Shown: positions 33,350-46,200 of the stretch, piece by piece | Numbering within the stretch: the first letter of the stretch is position 1 | Layout: every line of letters begins with the position of its first letter | Source: Macrostomum hystrix | Taxonomy: Eukaryota; Animalia; Platyhelminthes | Reading direction: 5' to 3' | Assembly: GCA_950097015.1 (NCBI GenBank) | Contig: CATNEN010000040.1 | Span: 285,452-349,451, forward strand | DNA: 64,000 nucleotides | Notes under the pieces: model-generated | Seen by the model: the letters and a program-made list of their open reading frames with translations, nothing else | What the model was told of the DNA's origin: nothing | Database searches by the model: none | Made by a program: the position numbers and the translations under genes

Positions 33350-35170
33350 AATGACATGAGTTTTTTTCTTCATTATAAAATTCTAACTACTTAGCTCTGA
33401 TTGAGAAATGTGAATTGACAACCACAAGGCCATAAGCTTTACTAAAAACTTCCCCTATCCTTTATCCACTACATAAAAATTATCTTTCTAGGATGGATTT
33501 CAGAGTAGAGAATAGCAAATATTTTTATAATTCCAATTTTCTAAAATTTGGATTCTTTAAACTTTAATTTAGATAGGTAAAATATTTAAATTAACCTTTT
33601 GGATTTCATTTTCCCAAAATTTTGTATTATCCAAGTAGTTGTAAAGCTAAGTATGTTCGATTGGATGTTGGAGTATTATTATCAGTAGGTATGAAATTTG
33701 ATTTTGTTAGAGTGTAATACACCTCATTGCATGTTAGAAGATGTTAGTGATGCAAATGAGATGTCAATGTAAATAAAATATTGCTAACAGTTGTATTTTA
33801 AAACTTATTAACCAGACAGTTTTATTTATCTGTTACTTCTTTTGGTTTTGGATTAACTTGCTATGTGAGGCTTGCCTAAACAGAACTATACCTTTCTGTG
33901 TCTCTAAAAGTTCTTGGTATAAGCAGAATTGAATATATGGTGGTCCCATGTTGACTTAGCATATTTTTCTGTAGCAGTGCTAAAGCTATTGAATTTAAGA
34001 ACCAATAATTGAGGCAAGCTATTGATTTAAAAAGCCATATAGTATTTGCTGTCAGGCAAGTAAACTCTTGGCTCTTTATTTGTGTTGAACTCTTCATTGT
34101 TCCTCTATCTATTAGGGTAATGTATCATCAACTGAACAGTGTATCTTCAAAACCGAACAGGAATTTTGACTCTTTCCTTGGTCTCGTGCAAGTCAGAAAC
34201 AAGCTATTGTGTTTCACAGAACAACTAACTTGAAAGTTGAAAAAATTATCTACAAGCTGAGGCATGACATGCAATGAAGCATTTAGAGGAAGGAAAGATA
34301 TGGATGTTTCAGTAGAAATTTTTATTGCAAAAGCATACTTTTTAACAACATATTTTCAGCATATACTTTAGACTAAGATTGTATGCAGTTGCTTTCCAAT
34401 TAAATTACCATAAATGTAGTTATTTATAGAGTCTGAAAAATGCTTTCAAATGACACAATTTTTGATAGATCACTCTTTAAAATAAGATTGAACAACTCAC
34501 TCAAATTGTAAAACGGAACATCAAATTCTCTGTTCGGTTTGAAGATACATGCAAATCATTGTTCGGTTTTAGATGAAAAACACAAATAACTTTTTTCTAT
34601 CTGACAAAATTGCAAAAGCAGATACTTTTTAGAAAGATATAATTTGTAATTAAATACAATTTATCATTTATTTATAAGTAATATAGTTTATAATTCTATA
34701 ACTTGGCTTTTGATTTATCATCATATCTTAAATAGAAAATCTGTAGCTTAGGTTTGAAGTTAAAAAAATACACATTCTTGTTTGGTTGATGATACATTAC
34801 CCTATAGATTCAGCAAATGACATAGAAATAAAGGTAAAATCATTGATTCACACAAATTATGCTCACAAACCAACCTAATCTTAATGTAAATTTTATAGTG
34901 TACAACAATCCCCTCCATTCAGAGCTATAATTATTCTTCACTAGTCTTAATCATAGGCATAGGCCAACTTAAACATTTGCAAGCCTTTTGCATGTTGGCT
35001 TGGTTGTTTGGAGACTAGAAAAAAATCCTTAGCCCAAAGCTTCCTTTTTCTGATAGGGGATGAGTATGGAATACAGTTTGTAAAATCAGTTGCCAGACAT
35101 TAATGTTAAAGGGTTGCAAAAAGGCTTGGGTCAGATAGTGAGGCCTTGTGGGTCAGACTTGTCCCATGGG

Positions 35171-35951
35171 CCATAGTCAAGAAGGTGGCATGTGTATGCC
35201 GGAATGAAATTCAGGCAGGGCTACCTATGTACGCCAAATGTAACCATATGTACACCGAATATACCGTAATGCACCCATGCATGCTGATTAGTTAATTGTT
35301 TATCAGCTTATTAGGACACTGAATGGATACCGATGAATGGACATCGCGAGTCCTAAGTGTGGCGTCGGTTGATAACTTTGCTGACGTACTTGTCAGCACC
35401 TCAACCTCTAGAGCCATTTGAATTCAGAATTTTGAGTTTGCAGCAACAGAGAAAGCCAGCAAAGCCAAAGGTGGTAATTAATACAATTTAGCAGATTCAG
35501 ACATTCATTCTGCTTCTAACATTGTCAATGTCACGATGTGTATCCGTGTATAGTGTATTATAATAAAGTAAAAACCTTCCATTGCATCAAATATTCAACA
35601 AGTTTGGTTGTTGTACTATACCAACAAGTTTAGTCTTTTTTAATTTGTTTAACTGAAGATGTTAAAATTACCATTTTAAACTATTTTATGTCATTTTAAC
35701 TTATTTTAACTCATTCTTAGCAACTCAAACACACCCAAAGATTACTGTAAAGTTTTGGCAGAGATTGGAATAAGAATATACGGTAACCATAATAGAGAAT
35801 TAGCACTGCCTCATATGCCAACCTTATATCCCATATCATGCCACATGTACGCCAACTGTTGCAAGGCAGACCAAATGTACGCCGAATATCTTTAGCTATG
35901 CCTTATGCACGCCGGAATTTTCGACGAAAAAGGCCACCTTCCTGACTATGG
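35171..35951. mobile_element. Non-autonomous DNA transposon (781 bp), 19-bp TIR, 8-bp TSD
   Basis: CCATAGTCAAGAAGGTGGC ... GCCACCTTCCTGACTATGG, with cccatggg directly on both sides; internal repeats of atgtacgcc. Confidence 0.75.
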
Positions 35952-37239
35952 CCCATGGGGCATGGGCTAGAGTTTGCTGGCCTCTGGTTTATAGGAATGG
36001 TTATAAGATCTGTAAAATATATAAACTAGGCCAATCATTTAACAGTGCCTTACAATTATGAATGATAAATGCAAAAATGCTTATAATAGGCCTTCTCTAC
36101 TTGTTAAAATTGGTTTAAAGTATTTTGTATGTCCATTATATATCTATGCACTATGATTTCAGTTTAATGGCACAGACCATATAGACATAAATTTGAGAAA
36201 ACTAAACTAAAAGTAATGTTTTTGCTATTTAGAAGCTAGAGTGTTTGTTAGGGTTAGAATTAATTAGATTGGCAATAAAAAAACAATTTGTTTCACAGGT
36301 TCTCATGATACAGCAAACTGGCATAAGCTTTTTGTACAGTCTAGTTCCTTTAGAAAAATTAAGTCGTTATGGGAAGCAAATCAGCAATTGCATTAACTTG
36401 CAAGAAGACAATATTTAGCTCTCTAGAAGGTCGCTTCTTGCATCTGCTCGTACCTAGATAGTTTTAAGCTAATTTAAGCTAAGTAAGTGTGCTAACTTCA
36501 AATCGAAAACGAAAACTGTTGTATATAGATAATTTATTTTGTTTTATGCAATTATAGTTTAAAAGCAGAATAAATAATCCGTTTTATATTACTACTACAT
36601 ATTTTTTTGTCTAAAAAAATTTGAAGCGTTTTTACTTTGTTTAAGTTAACATAAGATTCAAAAGTCATATTTGCTTCTCGCGATCCCAAATCTTACATGC
36701 AGAGATCTGATGAACGGCAGACTACTTTTCGGTATTTATTAGCTCATAACTGAGTAGGAGGGAACTATTTTCGAAAACATATTTGACTTTCGATGAAAAA
36801 GTTGGACAAGAATTTGTTTTTATTATAAACAGTCGATCAAATGAAATAATAAAAACAAAAATAACTCAAATTAGATGCACCTGGTCCATAAAAAAAATGA
36901 TTGCAAAAAATAAGTGCAATAATCTTTAACTAGAATATGTTCCTTGGTCACGTCAAAAAATCGAACGCTAATCACCAAACAAAAAAGCTATAATTCTGTA
37001 TATTATCGAATAAGTAATAAGCTGGTACAATTTTCATCGAAGCATAATAAATTATAGTTCTTAGGTAATGATAAAGACTGGGATGCCGGTACATTTGTTA
37101 TTGCACCCCATGACCGTTTCCTCTCCCTTAGATGCCGACACCATGAATTTTTTTATAAATTTCTCTTAATGAACCTCAAAAAGCGCCTAAAAACTTCGAG
37201 TTCGCATACGGGTGTGTGTGAGAACTGCTCAATGCGAAT

Positions 37240-40200
37240 TCACGCCTGGTCCAAGTCGATTCGCCGTTTCAGCACAGCCAGTGCCTCCTCTGGCGTCAGC
37301 GAGGCCACGCCCTGGTCCAGCAGCATCCGCAGCGGATCCTCGCCGTCGCGCGGCGGTCCGGCCAGCGCCTGGCGCAGCAGCGCCGCCGTACCCCGAGCCA
37401 GGCCAAGCAGGCAGCAGGCCTGGGCGCTCTCGGCCAATAGGCGATCTGGCCGGCCGCAGTACTGGGCAAATACCGGCATGAACACCTGCAGTGATTATTT
37501 ATAAGGACTTGCTCAATGCTTTAAGAATCATTTGTACACTGAAAGATACATGTAGATGTATACATGCTGTGACATTCTGTCTAAGACAGATGTAAGTTAT
37601 CTGAGGCTACTGAGAGCCAGAGTGCAGAAATCTGCCCGCGCGCGGTGCGCACATTGTCTATTTATAGCCATTGGCCAAAACGGGGTGGTACAAATATATT
37701 ACGTAGGAAAGCCTCACACCCTCCACCAAAAGTTCGAAAATCGCTCCAAATCAAACGGCATGAAAACACACAGACCAAAATTTAACTGTACGCTAGAAAA
37801 AAACACTTCAAACAATTAACCAACATGAGCGAATTGAAAGTCATTGTCACTGTTTGTCATTCAAGATCAATCACTTGGTCGGACTCCAAAGCCGACTCAG
37901 GCCATCCGCGGCGCCGTTGCTCTCGCCCGGCTGGTACTGGATCGCATAGTCGAAGCCCGACAGGTAGTGGGCCCATCGCTGCAGCCGCGGGTTGGCGTGG
38001 TCCAGTTGCAGGTACTGCAGCGGCTTGTGGTCCGACCGGATGATGAAGTGGCGCCCAAGCAGATAGTGCCGCAGTTTCTCGACCGCCCAGCGCACGGCGA
38101 GGCACTCCTTCTCGATGGTCGCGTAACCTTGCTCCGCCGCCGTCAGCCGCCGAGACACGAAGAGCACCGGGTGAATGCCGTCCTCAAACTCCTGCGTCAG
38201 CACCGCTCCGAGGCCGGTCTCCGAGCTGTCCGTCTCCAGGATGAAAGGCCGGCCGTAGTCCGGGGCGCGCAGCACCGGCTCGCTTGTCATCAGTGCCTTG
38301 GCCACCTCGAATGCTCGCGTGTGCTTCTCGCCCCAGGCCGCCGTCAGGTCCTCGGGCGTCGTTCTCCTGGTGAGCTCCGTCAGTGCCGCCACCTGGTCCG
38401 CGTAGTTCGGGATGAACCGGCGATAGTGGTTGAGCACGCCGAGCACCGATCGCAGCTGAGTCTTGGTTCGGGGTTGCTCAAGCGCCTTGATTGCCCGTAC
38501 TCGGTCCTCGCTGGTGCTGATCTCGTCGTTTCCCAGCTTAAATCCGAGGTAGTCCGTCGAGGTGCCGCCTAGAAAGCATTTGCGTGGCTGGACAGTTAGC
38601 CCAGCTGCTTTCAGCCGATTGAAAACTCGCCGTAGATCTTGCAGGTGCTGCTCGAACGTCTCGCTAAACACGGCGATGTCGTCGATGTAGGACTCCGCAC
38701 TGTCGATTCCGAGAAGCACCTTGTCCATCAGCCTCTGGTAGGTGGCGCTACTGCAGTTCAGTCCCATAGGCAGCACAGTGAACTGATACAGCTTGCCATT
38801 GGCCGCGAATGCTGTCAGCCGCTTGGAGTTTTCGGCCAGCGGGATCTGCCAGTAGCCCTTGCAGCAGTCGAGCTTGGATATGAACTTAGCCTTCGCGACG
38901 CTCTCCAGCAGGTCCTCGATGTTCTTCATCGGGTAGGAGTCGAAAGCCACCAGCTCATTGAGCGCCTTGAAGTTGACGGTGAACCGAACTGAGCCGTCCT
39001 TCTTGGCTACCAGACACACCGGGGAGCAGTAGTCGCTGTCGGACGGTTCGATGACACCCAGGTCCAGCATACGCTGAACCTCGTCCTGCAGAACTTGCCG
39101 GTATGCCTGCGGCTCCCGCCGCGGCCGGATGCGCACCACCTGGTTAGACGTTGTTCGAATTCGATGCTCCATCAGGCTCGTCCTGCCGGGGGTCTCGCTG
39201 AAGACATCTTTGAAGTCGCAAACCAGACTGTCTAGGAGCCGCTTCTGCCCGAAGTTCAGAGTGTCGGCCAGCTCCGGCAGGCCTGACTTCCTTTGTGCTG
39301 AGTCGATCTGGTCTGCCTTCCGAGTCGTTGCCAACAAGATTGACTCTCGCGAGTTATACTTCTTCAGCAGGTTGATGTGAAACACATTCGTATTCTTGCC
39401 GATTCTAATCCGATAGTTCACGTCGTTGCACTTCTCCAGGACCTCAAGGGGCCTCGCCATTCAGCATGCAGCTTCGTGGATGACGACGGCAGCAGCAGCA
39501 GCACTTGATCACCCGGCGCCAGCTCCCTCTCGCGAGACCTCCGGTCATACCAGTGCTTCCACCGCTTTCTTTCCAGCTCCTCGTTACTTCTTGACGCCTC
39601 CAGCCCTGCCTGCAGCCGGTCTCGTTGGGCCAGGACAAAGGTGATGATGTCCTTCTTCTCCGCGGTCAGCTTCTCGTCCCACGTCTGTCGCAGCAGATCC
39701 AGGGGTCCTCGGACAGTCCGGCCGTAGAGCAGTTCGAATGGTGAAAACCCAGTAGTCTCATTCGGAACCTCCCTGATAGCAAATAACAGGTATGGCAGGT
39801 AGAGGTCCCACTTCTTTTTTTCGCGGGCTGGTAGCCTTCGGAGCATAGTCTTGAGTGTGCCGTGAAATCGTTCCACAAGCGCCTGGCTTTGCGGGTGGTA
39901 CGGCGTTGACTGAATGCCTTCAACTCCAGTGCATTGGTACAAGGCCTGCAGCAACGCTGACGAGAAGTTCGTGCCCTTGTCGCTTTGGATCTCCTTTGGG
40001 AAGCCAGTTCTTGAGAAGCAGTCGATCAGCGCCTTGGCCACCGTTTCGGCGTCGATATTCCGCAGCGGAAAGCCCTCCGGGAACCGGGTCGCTGCATCGA
40101 TCACGGATAAAATGTACTTGTGGCCGCTTGAGGACTTCGGATACGGTCCGCTGATGTCAATGATCACCTTGCTGAAGGCTTCTTCTACTCCTGGTACTTG

Positions 40201-43200
40201 CACGAGCGGTACTTTTTGAGTGCAACCGATCCGAGCAGTCTTCTGACATTTGTCGCAAGTAGTCACGAAGTCCTTGACGTCTTTGGCCACGGTAGGCCAC
40301 CAGAATCGTTGCAGCAACCGCTGGCTCGTCTTCTTGACACCCAAATGTCCTGCGAAGGCACTCTCGTGAGCCTGAGTCAGCGCCGTCAGCCTGAGAGACT
40401 TTGGTAGCACTAGTTGGTCTTCGCCTGCTGCTTGGGTCCGGTAAAGCCGACCGTTAACCTTTATGATGGCATCGTTGTCGCGCAACTTCTCCAGCATTTC
40501 TCCGTCCTCCTGGAGTGCCGCCTCGTAGTCCCAAGCCATTTGGCCGATATTGGGTTCCAGTTTCTCTCTGTACTCTTGCCGTTGTTTACGCGCTTGGGCT
40601 CTGGTCAGTCTAGGCCTTTGTGTACTGGGGGGCTCCGGATCGATCTGGACTAGGCCGCTAGCCATAATGCCTTCGTCCGCGAGCGCTCTGTCCCCCTCGG
40701 ACTGGCGTATGGGGCAGACAGGAGCGCCCACCACCCCTTTCTCCTGATTGGCCGGAGGGTGCGGGTCTGCAGCCTGGGTCTCGTATGCAGTCTGGGCAGC
40801 GCCCGCAGCGTCAGTGGGGTTTTCGACCCCTGGGGCTAGCCGGCCAATCAAGTCTAATCCAATTAACGCGCTCACCGGTAGAGAGTCAGACACGCAGACA
40901 TCGGCAATTCCCTCAAAGCCGTTTAGGTGCAAATCCACTTTAGCAATAGGTAGCCGGTGTAGATCGCCTCCAAAGCATCGCAATAGTGCATGCCGCCCTG
41001 TCCAATTGATGTCTTCGGGGAGACAATTACGTCGAATTGTCGTTCGATCCGCTCCAGTGTCTAGGAGGAATTCCAGATCCTTGCCACTTGCCTTCCCCTT
41101 AATCATTCTGGTCCCTGTAGTGCTGGTGCCGACTTTCATGTCTTCCGAGGCCAGATGGATGCTGTTGTTCGGCTTATTCGGGCATTGGAACTTCTTGTGG
41201 GGGCCTCCGCAGTTAAAGCAGCTGATCTTCGTCTTCGACATTGGGGCTCTCTGAATTTCCCGGTGCCGGTCGGCATTGCTAGCCCTAACATGACTCACAT
41301 CCTGTGTTTCCTGACTCCGTTGATCGTGAGTTCCGCCGTTTCTGTCGTTGCTGCGGGCCATATAATAGTCGTCCGCTAATTGAGCGGCCTCCTTGATGTT
41401 CTTCGGCTTCCTCTCTCGCATCCACACCTGGAGTCCTCTCCCCAGCGAGTCCGAGAATTGCTCCAGCAGCACCTTCCGTCTGATGATGGTGTCGCCTCCT
41501 CGCAGCTCCTCACGCTCATCCTCGTCCACTCCAGCGGTCATCCATCGATCGAATAGGTCCTCCAGTTTCGCGGCGAACACTTGGTACGACTCCTCCGATG
41601 CCCTCCGCAAGGATCTGAATCGCTGCCGGTACGTCTCCTCGCCAATGTTATACCGCGCCAGGATTGCCGCCTTTGCCATCTCATAGTCCGCAATCGCTGC
41701 TGTCGTCAGGCTGTGGAATGCACTTTGCGCCTTGCCCGTCAGCAGTGGTCCAAGTCGAATCGTCCAATCTTGCTTCTGCCATCCGCATGATGTTGCCGAT
41801 CTCTCGAATGTCGCCAGAAATGACTCTATGTCGTCCGCGTCAGTCAGCTTGAACAGCTTTGGCTCCACGGTCTGCGGTCTCGGCTTGGACTCGGCCATGA
41901 GTCTGGCGAATTCCGCCTGCTGTCGTGCTAGCTGCTCCAGATAGAATGCCGACTGTCTCTCCTGAGCCTGTGCCATGTCCTGAAGTTGCCGACTCTGGTG
42001 CGTCAAGATCAGCTTCATCGTCTCCATGAGGTTGGCACTATCTATTCCGCTCAGTTCCTCGCTTTCAGTGGCACCAGTCTCCATCTCTGCCGAGCTCGTC
42101 CTGTTGGAGGCTGCAGATTCGCCTGTTGTATCTCTGGATCGCAGGTTGTATGGCTTAGTTGAGCCTGCACCGCTGCCACCATGTGACATTCTGTCTAAGA
42201 CAGATGTAAGTTATCTGAGGCTACTGAGAGCCAGAGTGCAGAAATCTGCCCGCGCGCGGTGCGCACATTGTCTATTTATAGCCATTGGCCAAAACGGGGT
42301 GGTACAAATATATTACGTAGGAAAGCCTCACACATGCATACATGTTTGATGCACTAATCCATGGACTAGGGCTGTTTCATCCTGCTGGTAGCCATTATAC
42401 AGCTGGGTGTACTGAATCTATGATAATCACTTTAAGTGTATCTCTCAGGGCAAAAATTGTTTACCTTGTGCTGGAATAGGACCAAGACTCCTAAGCCCCT
42501 ATCATGAATAGTTGCATACTGCACACAGGGGGGGTGAGTGGCAGAGCTGTTAACGCGTTTGCCTGTCTGCCAATGTCCCAGAATCATCGAAAGCCCACCT
42601 TAGTGACGGTGTGCGCAAAGTGCAGTCCGCCAGCGTGGCTGAACCGCATGCCCAGCAGCTGCCGCATGAGCAGCCGGTTGAGTCCGGCCGCCAGGCGGCG
42701 CCAGACTGGCCGGAAAACCGCCGGCTGCAGGCGGTCCCGGCAGGTCTGCAGAGAGTCGCGAACGGCCAGGAACAGCGCGGCCAGAGCCGGAGCGTCGTCC
42801 GGCCGGCTGGACAGGAAAGCGTCCGGGGCGAGGCTCTCCAGCAGGGCGGCCAGCTGGTCTAGGATGCCGCGGACCAGGGAGTCCAGCAGCTCGGACTGGG
42901 TGGCCGCCAGCCGTTTGGCCACCGGCGCGAAGACTCCGGCGCTGGAAGTGTCATCGATGACGCCGACGACGGCGCCCACAGAGAGCTCGGCGACGGCTGT
43001 CGGTTGCCTTTTTGGGAAGAAATAAAGAAATTAAAAGTAAAACTACACACAAGTATATGGCCGTAACAGCCTATATGTATCGAACTACAATTTAACAACA
43101 CATTCCTTACAGACTGAAAGCTTTAGCAGAGCCTTAAATCTCACTAAACTCACCTGCCAGCGTCCTCATCAACTGTCGCTGTAGAAGCCGAAGACGCAGC

Positions 43201-46200
43201 AGCAGCGGCGGAGGCAGCCCCGTGAATCGCCCGCTCGGACTCCGGCAGCTGTGCCAGTTCGGCATAGTTGAGCTGGTCGGCCCAATCTGTGAGGGAGTCC
43301 CTGGCAAACTGCAGACTGTTCAGGGCGCCGAACCAGCGCGGATCCGAGGTCGGGTAGCGGCGGGTCACCTGCAGGTTGTGGCGGCGCAGCGGAGGCGAGC
43401 TGATGAAAAGTCAGCACTCTACCCAGAAAAATATTCTCAATTCTCAGAACCTACCTAGACAAATTCTCGACTTTTAGCTCGAGTAATCCACAAGGTTGTC
43501 ACTCTACCAGGTTCTCTCTCTACCAGGTTCTCACTCTACCAGGTTCTCACTCTACCAGGTTCTCAATCTACCAGGTACTCACTCTACCAGGTACTCACTC
43601 TACCAGGTTCTCTCTCTACCAGGCCTTACTCTACCAGGATCTCATTACCAATAATACACGGGGTTCCGGGTCCCAGGCCGCTCACCTGTCGCAGGCGGAC
43701 CCGGAAATCATCCAGCACGTCCAGTTGCACCCTGAATAGTTGGGCTCGCCGCTTCAAATCGGAGCGCAGCAGGCCGGCCCGGCCGCCCAGCGCCTGTACA
43801 AGGGCCAGCACCGCCTCGGCGCATTGCGGCACAGTCGTCGAGGACGTCGGCTGGCCAGTGACAGCTACGAAGGCGCCGCCAGCCGGACTCCAGGCTCCGC
43901 CAGCCAGCATGATTTCGTCCAGCCTGGCCTGGGCAAACTTGGTTTCGAGGCCCACCCACCAGGCCAGCCAGAGCGGCTCGCCGAGGATGCCGCCAACTGA
44001 GGCCGCGGCAGCCGACAGGCCGGCGGCGTTGAGTTCGCGGTCCAAGGCGAGCAGCTCGTTGATGAGGTGAGCCAGACGAAGATCGGCCTCCTCCTTGTCT
44101 GGCAGCTCCCTGACGATGGCAACATTCGCCAGGCTTTTAAACTATTTTAGCCTATTGTAGTCCAGAACACTGGTTGTACATTTTATTTATCCCAAATTTA
44201 AAAAAGTCACTTGGTGACAGTGTCAAAAATGGCGACTTTTTCGCTAATCGTCGCTCAGATTTAACGTGCTGAAGCTTCAGAATCTTCAAACTTCAGCTTC
44301 TTCTAGCTCGGGAATATTCTAGCTTGGGAATATCCTAGCTTGGGAATATTCTAGCTTGGGAATATTCTAGCTTAGGAATATTCTAGCTTGGGAATATTCT
44401 AGCTTGGGAATATCCTAGCTTGGGAATATTCTAGCTTGAGAATATTCTAGCTTGGGAATATTCTAGCTTGGGAATATCCTAGCTTGGGAATATTCTAGCT
44501 TGAGAATATTCTAGCTTGGGAATATTCTAGCTTGGGAATATTCTAGCTTGGGAATATTCTAGCTTGGGAATATTCTAGCTTGAGAATATTCTAGCTTGGG
44601 AATATTCTAGCTTGGGAATATTCTAGCAAGCCAGAATATTCTAGCTTGGGAATATTCTAGCTTGGGAATATTCTAGCTTGGGAATATTCTAGCTTGGGAA
44701 TATTCTGGCTTGGGAATATTCTAGCTTGGGAATATTTTAGCTTGGGAATATTCTAGCTTGGGAATATCCTAGCTTGGGAATATTCTAGCTTGGGAATATT
44801 CTGGCTTGGGAATATTCTAGCTTGGGAATATTTTAGCTTGGGAATATCCTAGCTTGGGAATATTCTAGCTTGGGAATATTCTAGCTTGGGAATATTCTAG
44901 CTTGGGAATATTCTAGCTTGGGAATATTCTAGCTTGGGAATATTCTAGCTTGGGAATATTCTAGCTTGGGAATATTCTAGCTTGGGAATATGAAGCCTAT
45001 TATTCGAAAAACTCCACCACACCTAATGTTAAGCATCGCTTAGGCTCCATAAGCTCAAGATAATAATCAATTCCAACCTGTACTGTTCCAGTAGTTGGCG
45101 CAGCTTCCGTTTCACTAGCTCCATCAGGCCGGACGCAAATTCTTGTCGCACATCCCAGGCGGACATGCCCACCTGGTCCAGGCAGGGCTGCACCACCTGG
45201 CCTAAGAAGGCTTCGTGCTCCTTCAGCCATTTCAGCACCTGGCGTGGCATGAAATAAAAAAAATTGTGAGAACAAAGCTTATAGGCAAATGAAATTTAAT
45301 TTCAAATTGGATCTTTCTAAGAGGATCTTTGTAGAATTTAAGAGGATCTTTGTAAAATTTAGGAGGATCTTTGTAGAATCTGGTGGGATCTTTGTAAAAT
45401 TTAGGAGGATCTTTGTAGAATCTGGTGGGATCTTTGTAAAATTTAGGAGGATCTTTTTAGCATCTGGTGGGATCTTTGTAGAGTTTGGGTGATCTTTCTT
45501 GAATCTGGTGGGATTTTTCTAGAATCCAGGGACCTTTCTAGAATCCAGGGATCTTTCTAGAATCTAGTGGGATTTTTCTAGAATCCAGGGATTTTTCTAG
45601 AATCCAGGGATCTTTCTAGAATCCAGGGATCTTTCTAGAATCCAGGGATTTTTCTAGAATCCAGGGATCTTTCTAGAATCCAGGGATCTTTCTAGAATCC
45701 AGGAATCTTTCTAGAATCCAGGGATCTTTCTAGAATCAGGGGAATCTTTGTTGAATCTGGGGGATCTTTGTAAAATTTAGGAGGATCTTTGTAGAATCTG
45801 GTGGGATCTTTGTAAAATTTAGGAGGATCTTTTTAGCATCTGGTGGGATCTTTGTAGAGTTTGGGGGATCTTTCTTGAATCTGGTGGGATTTTTCTAGAA
45901 TCCAGGGACCTTTCTAGAATCCAGGGATCTTTCTAGAATCTAGTGGGATTTTTCTAGAATCCAGGGATTTTTCTAGAATCCAGGGATCTTTCTAGAATCC
46001 AGGGATCTTTCTAGAATCCAGGGATTTTTCTAGAATCCAGGGATCTTTCTAGAATCCAGGGATCTTTCTAGAATCCAGGAATCTTTCTAGAATCCAGGGA
46101 TCTTTCTAGAATCAGGGGAATCTTTGTTGAATCTGGGGATCTTTCTTATTGTGATTTGTGATTTCTTAAGAGTACTAATTGATTTCGCATACATCGACAA

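Larger units (their letters stand above)
37568..42332 (-). mobile_element. Full-length Gmr1-type Ty3/Gypsy LTR retrotransposon in the last RINT1 intron
   Basis: Identical 151-bp TG..CA LTRs (37568-37718, 42182-42332); 5-bp TSD catgc; PBS; polypurine tract GGTGGAGGG before the 3' LTR; domain order Gag-PR-INT-RT-RH. Confidence 0.96.

Noticed and set aside
34135-34555. Short inverted repeat (gtatcttcaaaaccgaacag / ctgttcggtttgaagatac)
   Set aside because: Probably an old MITE remnant; termini and TSD could not be defined
37844-38572. 242-aa + strand ORF and similar antisense ORFs over GC-rich exons (e.g. 20033-20734, 8875-9585)
   Set aside because: Shadow ORFs arising from codon bias of the minus-strand coding sequence
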